From: Wolbachia endosymbiont of Drosophila innubila
GTDB taxonomy: Bacteria > Pseudomonadota > Alphaproteobacteria > Rickettsiales > Anaplasmataceae
Length of the DNA stretch: 32,000 nt
Assembly: GCF_021378375.1 (NCBI RefSeq)
Contig: NZ_CP076228.1
Coordinates: forward strand, 1,020,001 to 1,052,000
Direction: 5' to 3'
A program made the position numbers and the translations under genes. Each line of letters starts with the position of its first letter. The stretch's first letter is position 1. Below, piece by piece: positions 19,401-28,775 of this stretch. The notes under the pieces are model-generated. The model saw only the letters and a program-made list of their open reading frames with translations. It was not told the DNA's origin and did not search any database.

Positions 19401-19575
19401 AATGTTTTCTGAATCGCAAAGTAGAATTTTGGTTACTATTGCACCACAAAATCAGAAGAGGTTTGAAGAATTGTTTGAAGGTGCAGTTTATTCATGTATT
19501 GGCAAAGTAACAGAGAAAAAGGTGCTAAACATAAAGGATGTTTTAAAAGTAGATCTGAAAGATGTGGCATGCTAA
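16477..19575 (+). CDS. purL: Phosphoribosylformylglycinamidine synthase, synthetase subunit (PurS-like N-terminus fused to PurL; no glutaminase domain)
   Basis: [107 protein letters not shown]. The ORF ends before any GATase class-I domain. Confidence 0.95.
   Translation: [1032 protein letters not shown]
16805..16900. repeat. Palindromic repeat inserted in frame in purL (site 1)
   Basis: gtcatcccagtgcttgacactgggatccag plus attccagcgtcacgcgctggaatgac; encodes [25 protein letters not shown]. Confidence 0.9.
17080..17190. repeat. Palindromic repeat inserted in frame in purL (site 2)
   Basis: gtgtcattccagcgcgtgac ... tggatcccagtgtcaagcactgggatgacag; encodes [29 protein letters not shown]. Confidence 0.9.
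18481..18516. repeat. Short palindromic repeat inserted in frame in purL (site 3)
   Basis: gggcttccagcgctatgcgctggaatgacaac; encodes [11 protein letters not shown], the same module as the end of site 1. Confidence 0.7.
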
Positions 19576-19670
19576 TATAAAATATTTTTCTTATTATGCT
19601 AAATAACTCTTTTACTATATGTAATGTTTATTTAGAATGAATGTATGTTATTAATTTTGGGTAGGTAATT

Positions 19671-20183
19671 ATGTCTATTTTATCGATACTCCTGTTTATC
19701 AGTCTTTCTTTACTCAACACTTCAAATAAATTGATGATATGTGCTGCCTTATTTGTGGGAGCTGCTTTAGTTGTAAATTCAATGGTTGAATTTTATGGCA
19801 GAAGCAAAGCTACGTACAACTTAATAGTGTGTACAGCGCTATGTTGTGTTTTTAAATGGCAAAGTTTTAATTTGATGATATTGATTTCATATACTGCAAT
19901 TTTAGTATCTCTTCTCTCAAGCATAATTATTTTTGAAAAATTGAAGTCCAAGTTGAATTTTCATATGGCAAATTTCATTACTTTAATTATAGCATCAGTG
20001 GTTGATAGTGCCGTTGTATGTGTTGGATTACTATACAAATTTTCTGCAGGTAAATGCCTATCAATATATACTAGAGACTTAATTTTTAAGTTTTCTTATG
20101 CGTCAGTATTGAGCATCTGTTTGTTTGTAGGAATGTATTTATTTTGCTTGGCAAACAAGAAGTATTTTAAGATTTCCACATAA
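19671..20183 (+). CDS. Hypothetical multi-pass membrane protein
   Basis: 170-aa ORF, hydrophobic over most of its length, several predicted TM segments by eye. Confidence 0.6.
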   Translation: MSILSILLFISLSLLNTSNKLMICAALFVGAALVVNSMVEFYGRSKATYNLIVCTALCCVFKWQSFNLMILISYTAILVSLLSSIIIFEKLKSKLNFHMANFITLIIASVVDSAVVCVGLLYKFSAGKCLSIYTRDLIFKFSYASVLSICLFVGMYLFCLANKKYFKIST

Positions 20184-20209
20184 CCTGTTTTCTGATATAG
20201 CTAAACTGA

Positions 20210-20700
20210 CTTTGGGTCCTAGGGGTGTATTTGGTGCGTAACAACAGTTTAGAATTTATAGGTAGCCTAAACCCACAACTGTACAAACATTATGATTTGA
20301 GCCTATCAGGGGGGTGTCATTCCAGTCTGGAATCCAGAAAAAAGAATGGTGTCATCCCAGTGCTTGACACATAGCTGTACGAACATTCATTTTTGAAGGT
20401 AAATTGCACAGCAAATGGTGTCATTCCAGTCTGGAATCCAGAAATTTTGCTTATAACTGAGCTGATGAGCTAAAGGTAGTTGTCTTACGCTAAAACAAAC
20501 GTTTTTAATTAAGTTGCATAGAACCAGTGTCTGGGCACTGGCCCACTGGTGGGAATTGCTCCTAAACTACAACGTTCGTACAGCTATGTGCTTGACACTG
20601 GGATGACATCATAGGGGCACTGGCCTACTTAACCGTCATACCGTCGCGGTATCTCAGCCGCTAACAAGTAGCGGAATGACGATTTATCAAACGCTGCCTA
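20210..20700. repeat. Intergenic cluster of palindromic and inverted-repeat elements
   Basis: Repeated gtgtcattccagtctggaatccaga (twice), cccagtgcttgacac/tgcttgacactgggatgac, and cgtcataccgtcgcggtatctcagccgctaacaagtagcggaatgacg. Confidence 0.85.
20369..20590. mobile_element. MITE-like element, copy 2, inserted in the loop of a palindromic repeat
   Basis: Ends CACATAGCTGTACGAAC...GTTCGTACAGCTATGTG; flanked on both sides by CTTGA (20364..20368 and 20591..20595) inside CCCAGTG-CTTGA-CACTGGG. Confidence 0.65.
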
Positions 20701-20799
20701 ATTTTCCGTAACAGTTGAAAAAATCCATAGAAAATCAATATATCACTATAAATTCACGTATTTTGAGGCTATAATGGTTAATACGTTATATGGTATAAT

Positions 20800-23595
20800 A
20801 TGGACGATTTTATCAGAGTTAAGGGCGCAAGGGAACATAATCTGCAAGGTGTAGACGTCAATATACCGAAAAATAAGCTAGTTGTTATAACTGGGCTAAG
20901 TGGTTCTGGCAAGTCTAGCCTTGCATTTGATACGATTTATGCAGAAGGCCAACGCCGGTACGTTGAAAGCCTGTCAGCTTACGCGCGTCAATTTCTCAAC
21001 ATTCAGGATAAACCAGATGTTGAGTCGATTACAGGTCTCTCTCCTGCAATATCTATCAACCAGAAATCGATCTCAAAAAATCCAAGGTCAACAGTTGGAA
21101 CTGTTACCGAAATTTACGATTACTTGCGCTTAGTATATGCACGAATAGGAGTTCCTTATTCACCTGCAACTGGATTACCAATAACAAAACAAACGGTGTC
21201 TCAAATTGTAGACACTATAATTGCGTTACCTTTAGAAACTAAGATATATATACTTGCCCCTGTTGTGCGTGGTAGAAAGGGAGAACATCTTAAAGAGATA
21301 TTGGAAATTAAAAGACAAGGTTACGTAAGGTTCAAAATAGATGGTGAAGTGTACAATGTAGATGACTTGCCTAAACTCGATAAGAACAAGAAACACGACG
21401 TTTTTGTGGTTGCAGATAGAATATCAATATTGGGCGATATAGGAAATCGACTGCCAAGTAGTATAGAATCCGCACTAAAACTTGGTAATGGTCTAATGTA
21501 TGTAGAAATAGTAAACCTACCTGACAACCATAATTCCGAGTATAAAAATGGTCAAATTCTGACTTTTTCAGAGAATTTTGCATGCCCCGAGTCTGGTTTC
21601 ACTCTTGAGGAAATAGAACCAAGATTATTTTCTTTTAACAGCCCTTACGGTGCATGTGGTTCGTGTAATGGGCTTGGTAAAAAACTAAGTGTTGATATAA
21701 AGCTAATAGTACCGGATGAAACTCTTTCAATATCTGAGGGTGCTTTAAAGCCAGTGGGATCAATGTTCCGCCAAGTGCACACAGGTTATGGATTTCTAAA
21801 AAGTGCAATTCTATCACTGGCTGAAAACTACAAATTTAACCTTGATATTCCGTGGAAGAACATAGATCAAGAAGTAAAAGATATGATACTCTTTGGCTCT
21901 AATAAATTTCAAGGTTTGATCAGTATCTTGGAGAACCAGATGGATTATGATGAAACACTTGTTGAGCGATATTGCTCTGTCACTCACTGCAGAGAATGCA
22001 CTGGCTATAGATTGAGAAAAGAAGCGCTTACAGTAAAAATTGATAGCAAACATATAGGTGAAATATCAGGGCTTAGTATCGATGAATCCCTTAAGTGGTT
22101 TGAAAATTTGCCAGACAAGCTCACAGAACAACAGAAGCAAATCTCAAATAAAATACTAAGTGAAATAATCAAGAGGCTAACATTTTTAAAGAATGTAGGG
22201 TTGAATTACCTAACGCTTGATCGAGAATCTAGCACTCTCTCTGGCGGTGAGAGTCAGAGGATCAGACTTGCTTCGCAAATTGGCTCAGGATTAACGGGGG
22301 TTTTATATGTTCTTGATGAACCCTCGATTGGCCTTCATCAATGTGATAATGATCGGTTAATTGCCACACTAAAAAACTTAAGAGACATGGGTAACACTGT
22401 AATCGTTGTTGAGCATGATGAAGATACAATAATGGCTGCTGATTATGCGATTGATATTGGTCCTGGAGCTGGCGTAAATGGTGGAAAAGTTGTTGCAGAA
22501 GGAACACCAGACCAGGTGCAAAGAAATTCAGGGAGCATAACAGGGCAATATTTGAGTGGAGAGAAAAAAATTTTAATTCCAAGGAGAAGAAAGCAAGCAA
22601 CTCAGTTCATAAAAGTAATAAATGCATGTGAAAATAACTTAAAAAATGTAAACGTTAAATTTCCTATAGGGAATCTTATTTGTGTTACTGGAATATCAGG
22701 AGGGGGAAAATCAAGTTTAGTCATAGAAACGTTATATAAATATTCAGCACATAAGATACATCATTCGTCTGCAAGGTATAGTCAGTGTGATAGAATAGAA
22801 GGCCTTGAATATATAGATAAAGTTATAGAAGTTGATCAGTCGCCAATTGGTAGAACTCCTGCGTCAAATCCAGCAACATATGTTGGTATGTTCACTCATA
22901 TAAGAAATTGGTTTGCAGGTCTTTCGGAGTCAAAAGCAAGGGGATATAATATAGGCCGGTTTTCATTTAATACCAGAGGGGGAAGGTGTGAGGCTTGTAA
23001 AGGTGATGGGCACTTAAAGATAGAGATGCATTTTCTACCGGACGTTTATGTGAAGTGTGAGCAATGTAAAGGGCGAAGGTATAATCGGGAAACATTGGAA
23101 GTTACTTATAAAGAAAAATCAATCTCTGATGTGCTTGATATGACGATAGATCAGGCTTGTGATTTTTTTGAAAACCTTCCAATGGTAAAAGAAAAGTTGG
23201 TTTCTTTGCAGGAAGTAGGGCTTGGCTATATAAAACTCGGACAGTCGTCAACAACGTTGTCTGGGGGTGAAGCACAACGAATAAAGCTGTCCAAAGAGCT
23301 ATCAAAACGATTTACCGGAAGAACATTGTATATTCTTGATGAGCCAACAACTGGATTACACTTTGAAGATATAAATAACTTACTAAAAATACTCCATAGA
23401 TTAGTCAATCTGGGAAACACTGTTATAGTTATCGAGCACAATTTGCACGTTATAAAAACTGCAGATTATATAATAGACATCGGACCAGAGGGCGGAATAA
23501 AAGGCGGAGAAGTGATTGCTACTGGAACTCCAGAAGAAGTGGTAAAAATTCCAGAAAGTGTTACAGGCAGGTATCTTAAAACGTATTTATTATAA
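20800..23595 (+). CDS. uvrA: Excinuclease ABC subunit A
   Basis: [35 protein letters not shown], zinc-binding CxxC motifs, [52 protein letters not shown]. Confidence 0.98.
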   Translation: MDDFIRVKGAREHNLQGVDVNIPKNKLVVITGLSGSGKSSLAFDTIYAEGQRRYVESLSAYARQFLNIQDKPDVESITGLSPAISINQKSISKNPRSTVGTVTEIYDYLRLVYARIGVPYSPATGLPITKQTVSQIVDTIIALPLETKIYILAPVVRGRKGEHLKEILEIKRQGYVRFKIDGEVYNVDDLPKLDKNKKHDVFVVADRISILGDIGNRLPSSIESALKLGNGLMYVEIVNLPDNHNSEYKNGQILTFSENFACPESGFTLEEIEPRLFSFNSPYGACGSCNGLGKKLSVDIKLIVPDETLSISEGALKPVGSMFRQVHTGYGFLKSAILSLAENYKFNLDIPWKNIDQEVKDMILFGSNKFQGLISILENQMDYDETLVERYCSVTHCRECTGYRLRKEALTVKIDSKHIGEISGLSIDESLKWFENLPDKLTEQQKQISNKILSEIIKRLTFLKNVGLNYLTLDRESSTLSGGESQRIRLASQIGSGLTGVLYVLDEPSIGLHQCDNDRLIATLKNLRDMGNTVIVVEHDEDTIMAADYAIDIGPGAGVNGGKVVAEGTPDQVQRNSGSITGQYLSGEKKILIPRRRKQATQFIKVINACENNLKNVNVKFPIGNLICVTGISGGGKSSLVIETLYKYSAHKIHHSSARYSQCDRIEGLEYIDKVIEVDQSPIGRTPASNPATYVGMFTHIRNWFAGLSESKARGYNIGRFSFNTRGGRCEACKGDGHLKIEMHFLPDVYVKCEQCKGRRYNRETLEVTYKEKSISDVLDMTIDQACDFFENLPMVKEKLVSLQEVGLGYIKLGQSSTTLSGGEAQRIKLSKELSKRFTGRTLYILDEPTTGLHFEDINNLLKILHRLVNLGNTVIVIEHNLHVIKTADYIIDIGPEGGIKGGEVIATGTPEEVVKIPESVTGRYLKTYLL

Positions 23596-23649
23596 ACTAT
23601 TTCTTAATTATATTAGGCTAGGTTGCATATTTATGATTTGGAGATAAGA

Positions 23650-23964
23650 ATGTCAGTATATCGATACTTTAGAAGGTACGTTGAATATGGAGTTGTACCT
23701 GCTAAGAAAGCAGAAGATAACACACTAGTTCCAGAAAATAGTTTCTATAAATCTGTACGTTACGTTGATAATGTGCTAGGACCTGTGAAAGATGTAATTT
23801 GTGGAGTTGAGAGTAAAGACAATTATAACAAGTATTATCAAGATAATGATAAACGTGGGTCACAGGGCAGAGAAAGTGTATTCATTGTGTGCACTTGGTG
23901 CTATTTTAGCAGCCAACATAATATTGCAACCTTTATGTTTGATACTATAACTAAAGTGACTTAG
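23650..23964 (+). CDS. Small hypothetical protein
   Basis: Open frame with likely start at the internal ATG (MSVYRYFRRYVEYGVVPAKKAEDNTLVPENSFYKSVRYVDNVLG). No family recognised. Confidence 0.4.
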   Translation: MSVYRYFRRYVEYGVVPAKKAEDNTLVPENSFYKSVRYVDNVLGPVKDVICGVESKDNYNKYYQDNDKRGSQGRESVFIVCTWCYFSSQHNIATFMFDTITKVT

Positions 23965-23989
23965 GTTTACCGACGATTTGATAAACGAC

Positions 23990-24055
23990 AAATTCGTCAT
24001 CCCGCTGCTTGTTAGCGGGATCTAGAGATACCGCGGCGGTATGACGTAGGAAAAC
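23990..24055. repeat. Palindromic intergenic repeat
   Basis: aattcgtcatcccgctgcttgttagcgggatctagagataccgcggcggtatgacg, an inverted counterpart of the 20636..20690 repeat. Confidence 0.85.
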
Positions 24056-24187
24056 CTGACTTGCACTAGCTACAGCACCCAGCAGTGGCTCAGTTTGAAC
24101 TATATTGAAATGGAATAAAAAGTGAAAGAGTGTAAGCTTAAGTTACTTTAGCTATACTATATAAATTATTTTATAATATATTTAATG

Positions 24188-24453
24188 AGTTGTGAACCTT
24201 CTCTTACTAAAAAAAGCTACAAATCTCATATTTCCAAGCGTATGCGTAAGTTGCGAATGTATCATTGATGAAAATCTTAATCTGTGTAGTGAATGCAACA
24301 AAAAAATCAATTTTCTAACTAAGCATTACTGCAATGTTTGTGGCGTAGTAATCTCAGACAATATTTATACGTGTGGTAAGTGCATCATCAATCCTCCACC
24401 GTTTAAAGTATTAAGATCAGTTTTTGCTTATGATCAACATAGTAGAAACATGA
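24188..24453 (+). pseudogene. comF: ComF N-terminal fragment, interrupted by an IS element
   Basis: FPSVCVSCECIIDENLNLCSECNKKINFLTKHYCNVCGVVI...CGKCIINPPPFKVLRSVFAYDQHSRNM has the ComF zinc-finger double CxxC pattern; the phosphoribosyltransferase domain is absent. Confidence 0.8.
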
Positions 24454-25365
24454 GAGGTTGTCCGGAAACTAGTAAATTCAAGCATATTCCCTCTTTAACA
24501 TAACCCTACTCATAGCTAGGTATATGAAATTCTCAGTGGATGTTGTGAGTAAATCATACTCCTTCGATAGCCTTCTATTCCTATTAACCCAAGCAAAAGT
24601 CCTTTCTACAACCCATCTTCTTGGCTGTACTTTAAACCCTTGTTCTCTTGTTGGTAGTAGCTCAGGTGGCGTATCTTTGTGCACCCAAAATCTACATGGA
24701 GGCCTTTTAACAATTTCAATATCTATGTCATATTCTTCCTTTATGTGATTCTTTAAATTTCTTCCTTGGTATCCCATGTCAGCCCACATTTTTTTTAACT
24801 TTAGTATATTTTGTTCTCATATTGTTTAATGCTATTTTAATACCATCTCTATCATTTTCGTTAGCAGCGCCTACGTAACAACCTAGTATAAAACCCTGAG
24901 TGTCTGTAATTATATGCCTTTTTCTACCCTTTACTTTTTACTTCCATCATAGCTTTGATCCCCCTTTTCTGTAGTCTTTACAGATTGACTATCTACTATA
25001 CAGGCACTCGGCTGCTCATTCTTTCCTATTTTTCTTCTACTATATTTTGTAATTTCATAATTCATTTTCTCAAAATTCCCTGCTTCTTCCATTGCCTGAA
25101 CTGCTCATACACAGTCTTCCATAGCGGAAAATCATTTGGTAAATACCGCCATTGACACCGTACGCAATACATAGAAAATTGCTTCTAATATTTCTTTTTT
25201 GCTATACTTTGGCAGCCTTCCTCCTTTCTTGTATGATACTCTGAAGTGTTTTTCTATTCTTGCCCATTCCCTTTCGCTTAGATCTGTTGGATACTTTTTT
25301 CTCATCTTTACCCCGTACTAAAATTTCAGATATTATAGCCTTTTACTTGTTTCCGGACAACCTCT
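24454..25365 (-). mobile_element. IS5-family insertion sequence (ISWpi1-like), copy B
   Basis: GAGGTTGTCCGGAAAC...GTTTCCGGACAACCTC; near-identical to 11838..12750; OrfB 24478..24789 identical to copy A; OrfA disrupted by small indels. Flanked by TGA on both sides. Confidence 0.9.
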
Positions 25366-25885
25366 GAAACGCTATAAAAAATTTCCTGATAATCTCTCGC
25401 ATATAACACAAAGTTGGGATACTGCGGTTTCAACAAGTAACATGAGCAACTTTAGTGTCTGCACCACCTGGGCAAAAATAGATAATAAATTCTATTTACT
25501 CGACGTATATCGCGCAAAGCTTGAGTATCCAAAGCTTAAAGAACAGGTTTTGTCACTAGCTGCAAGATGGACGCCACACGCAATTTTAATCGAAGCAAAA
25601 ACAAGTGGTCAACAATTGGTGCAAGAGCTAAAGACAAACAGTGATTTACCGATTATTGAAATAGTGCCACATGATGACAAGCTCACTCGATTTCATCAAA
25701 TTGTTCCGATTATAGAGTCTGGCAAGGTTTTTCTGCCACATCAAGCAGTATGGCTGAACGATTTTGAGTATGAGATTTTAATGTTTCCTGAAACGCGCCA
25801 CGACGACCAAGTGGACAGTACCGTGCAATATTTGCAGTGGGTGAGAAACAGTACCTCTAGGGTTACGGCTGTACGGGCATTGTGA
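25366..25885 (+). pseudogene. Phage terminase large subunit, C-terminal nuclease-domain fragment
   Basis: Open frame KRYKKFPDNLSHITQSWDTAVSTSNMSNFSVCTTWAKIDNKFYLLDVYRAKLEYPKLKEQV...ILIEAKTSGQQLVQEL...HDDKLTRFHQIVPIIESGKVFLP...HDDQVDSTVQYLQW, matching the terminase RNase-H-like domain. Confidence 0.8.
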
Positions 25886-26161
25886 TTTGAGAGCAATTTC
25901 CACAAGGGAGGATGTCATCCCAGCGCTCCTTTTTTTGTCATGCAAGTAGCTGACACTGGAATCTAGCTTCTCGTTGCTGCTGCGATCATATACTATTGTA
26001 ATGAGCCTTCAAAGTCACTTAAAAATAGCAACGTCCAAGGGTTTTCTGAAAAGGCCCCACAACCCGGTTCGTAAAATTCACAAGAACCATTAAAATATTT
26101 TTTTACTTTTCATTGTATATTTCTCAACATATTATCTTTAAGTACTAAAATAATTAACAAT

Positions 26162-28611
26162 ATGGCATTATTAATAGTTGAATCACCTGCGAAAGCAAAG
26201 ACAATAGGTAAATATTTGAGTAAAGAGTTCAAAGTAGCTGCATCCTTTGGACATGTGAGGGATCTTCCAGCAAAAAACGGTTCTGTCGATCCGGATAATG
26301 ATTTTACTATAAAGTATGAAACCATTGAAAAAGCAGAAAAGTATATAAAAGAGCTAGTAAAAGCCGCAAGCAAAACATCAGATATATATCTTGCAACAGA
26401 CCCAGACAGAGAAGGGGAAGCAATGGCTTGGCATGTGATAGAGACATTAAAAGAAAAGAAAGCAATCAGTAATGAAAACAACATTTATAGAGTAGTCTTT
26501 AATGAGATAACAAAAAGAGCAGTACAAGAAGCAATAAAAAATCCACGTGAAATTAATATGGATTTAGTGCGTGCACAACAAGCACGTAGAGCTTTGGATT
26601 ATCTAGTTGGATTTAGTTTGTCACCACTGCTGTGGACAAAATTGTCGGGAAGCAAGTCTGCAGGGCGAGTGCAGTCTGTTGCATTAAAGATTATATGCGA
26701 ACGAGAAGATGAAATTAGTAAATTTATAACACAGGAGTATTGGAGCATAAAAGCAGAAATGCAAAATAGCAAAGATGAGGCTTTTTTTGCTATGCTAAGC
26801 CACTATGACAATAAAAAGCTAGAAAAATTTGATATTAAGAATGAAGAAGAAGCAAAGAACTTAGTCAGGGAGATTGAATCAAGGCAATATGCTGTAAGCA
26901 CAGTAGAACGCAAGCAAGTTAAGAGAAACCCGCTTCCTCCGTTTATTACTTCAAGTCTTCAGCAAGATGCAGTGAATAAACTGTATTTTAATGTGAAAAG
27001 TGTTATGCGCATAGCGCAAAATTTATATGAAGGTATCGATATTGGTGGTGAAACTGTAGGGTTGATAACTTACATGCGTACAGATGGGTTTCATATTGCA
27101 GATGAGGCTATAAACTCAATTAGAGGGTCAATTAAGTCATTATATGGTGATAAATATTTACCGCAGTCTCCTCGTAAATATGTAAAAAAGGTCAAAAATG
27201 CTCAAGAAGCACATGAAGCAATTCGTCCAACTGATATCAATAGAACGCCGGGTAGTATTAAGGATTACTTAACGCCAGAGCAATTTAAATTGTATGATTT
27301 AATCTGGAAAAGGACCATTGCAAGTCAAATGGAGTCGGCGATTCTTGATCAAGTGGTAGTCGAAATTAGTTCTACTGACCAGAAAGTAATTCTGCGAGCA
27401 AGTGGATCAAGTATATTCTTTGATGGTTTTTATAGAGTCTACCAAGATAACATAGAAGCCGAAAATGAAGGCCTGCTACCTGCCATGAAGGAAGGGGAAG
27501 CGTGTAAGCTGATTTCAGTTGAGCCAAAACAACATTTCACTCAACCGCCACCTCGTTATAGTGAAGCAAGTATCGTAAAAAAATGGAAGAAATCGGTATA
27601 GGTCGACCATCAACTTATGCAACAATTATTTCGGTATTACAAGATCGTGAGTACGTTTCATTGGATAGCAAAAGATTTATTCCAAGCAGCCGCGGTAAAA
27701 TCGTTACTATATTTTTAGAAACTTTTTTTCAGCGTTGTGTAGAGTATGATTTCACAGCACAAATGGAAGAGAAGCTTGATTTAATTTCAAATGGACATGC
27801 AGATTGGAAAAAAGAATTAGGCCACTTTTGGGTGCCATTTTTTGGTCATGTAAACTCTGTCAAGCAAATGACGCATGATGAAGTTTTCAGCGGCATTCAC
27901 GATTTGGTAATCGATTGGTTTTGTTCAGAAGAAGGAAGAAAAGAGGTGAATACGAAATGCCCTGCTTGCTTAGGTGGCATATTGAAATTGAACTTTGGAA
28001 AAGCCGGGGTGTTCCTTGGATGTTCTAACTATCCTGAATGCAACCATACAAAAGAAATTACAGGTAGTAACGACAATTCAGAATATCCAAAAAGTTTAGG
28101 TATAGATGATATAACAAACCAAGAAGTGATGATCAAAAAGGGTCCTTTTGGACTTTATCTGGAGTTTAATAACGAGTTAAAAAAGAAAAAAACGGTTTCC
28201 ATACCAAAAGATATAAATGTTAATGAGATTGATCTGAGCACCGCTACTCAGTTACTTTCCTTGCCAAAAGTAATCGGAGAACACCCTGAAACCGGAAAGG
28301 AAGTAAAAATAGGCCTTGGGCGATTTGGGTACTATATTTTCTATGATGGTAGATACTTTTCTCTTAAGAAAAGCTCCAAAGAGGTGCTGAATACAGAATT
28401 GAGCGAAGCTGTACAAATTATTGCAAACAGTCCACGCAAAGAGTTAAAATCTCTCGGGGTTAATGAAAAGGGAAAAGAAGTTTTTATCTGCAACGGTAGG
28501 TACGGATTCTATATAAAATGCGGTAAAACAAACGTTGCTTTGGGCAAGAGTGCAGATATTGAGAGTATAGATCTGGAGAAGGCTTTAGAGTTGATTAAGG
28601 GTAAGAAATAG
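26162..28611 (+). CDS. topA: DNA topoisomerase I, coding sequence interrupted by a one-base frame change at an A7 tract
   Basis: ORF 26162..27601 (LLIVESPAKAKTIGKYLS, ATDPDREGEAMAWHV, GLITYMRTDG, QEAHEAIRPT) ends inside the conserved (S)xVKKxExxGIGRPSTYA motif, which continues in ORF 27583..28611 with CPACLGG / CSNYPEC zinc-ribbon motifs. Confidence 0.93.
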
Positions 28612-28639
28612 ACTTCTTGCATAACCATATGCTCTTTAT

Positions 28640-28765
28640 TGTCATTCCAGCGCGTGACGCTGGAATCTAGAAAAAAAGAACCTGGATGCCAGTGTCTGGG
28701 CACTGGCATGACACCCTTTCTGGTAGAGGTTGCTCTCAAATCACAACGTGCATACAACTGCAGCA
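28640..28765. repeat. Palindromic intergenic repeat region
   Basis: gtcattccagcgcgtgacgctggaatctag, ggatgccagtgtctgggcactggcatgacaccctttctggtagaggttgctctcaaatcacaacg. Confidence 0.85.
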
Positions 28766-28775
28766 GTATGATGTT

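Noticed and set aside
13579-24453. Possible defence system made of the AddB-like nuclease, UvrA and Rpn-like genes
   Set aside because: AddB and UvrA are ordinary repair genes and are separated by purL and repeats; nothing in the gene order supports a coordinated defence island.
24192-24503. ComF ORF continuing to ...RGCPETSKFKHIPSLT
   Set aside because: Residues after HSRNM are translated from the IS terminal inverted repeat, so the real ComF homology stops at the insertion border.
28509-28757. Minus-strand ORF MYARCDLRATSTRKGVMPVPRHWHPG...
   Set aside because: It covers the intergenic palindromic repeat and the antisense end of topA; the peptide is repeat-derived, not a supported gene.
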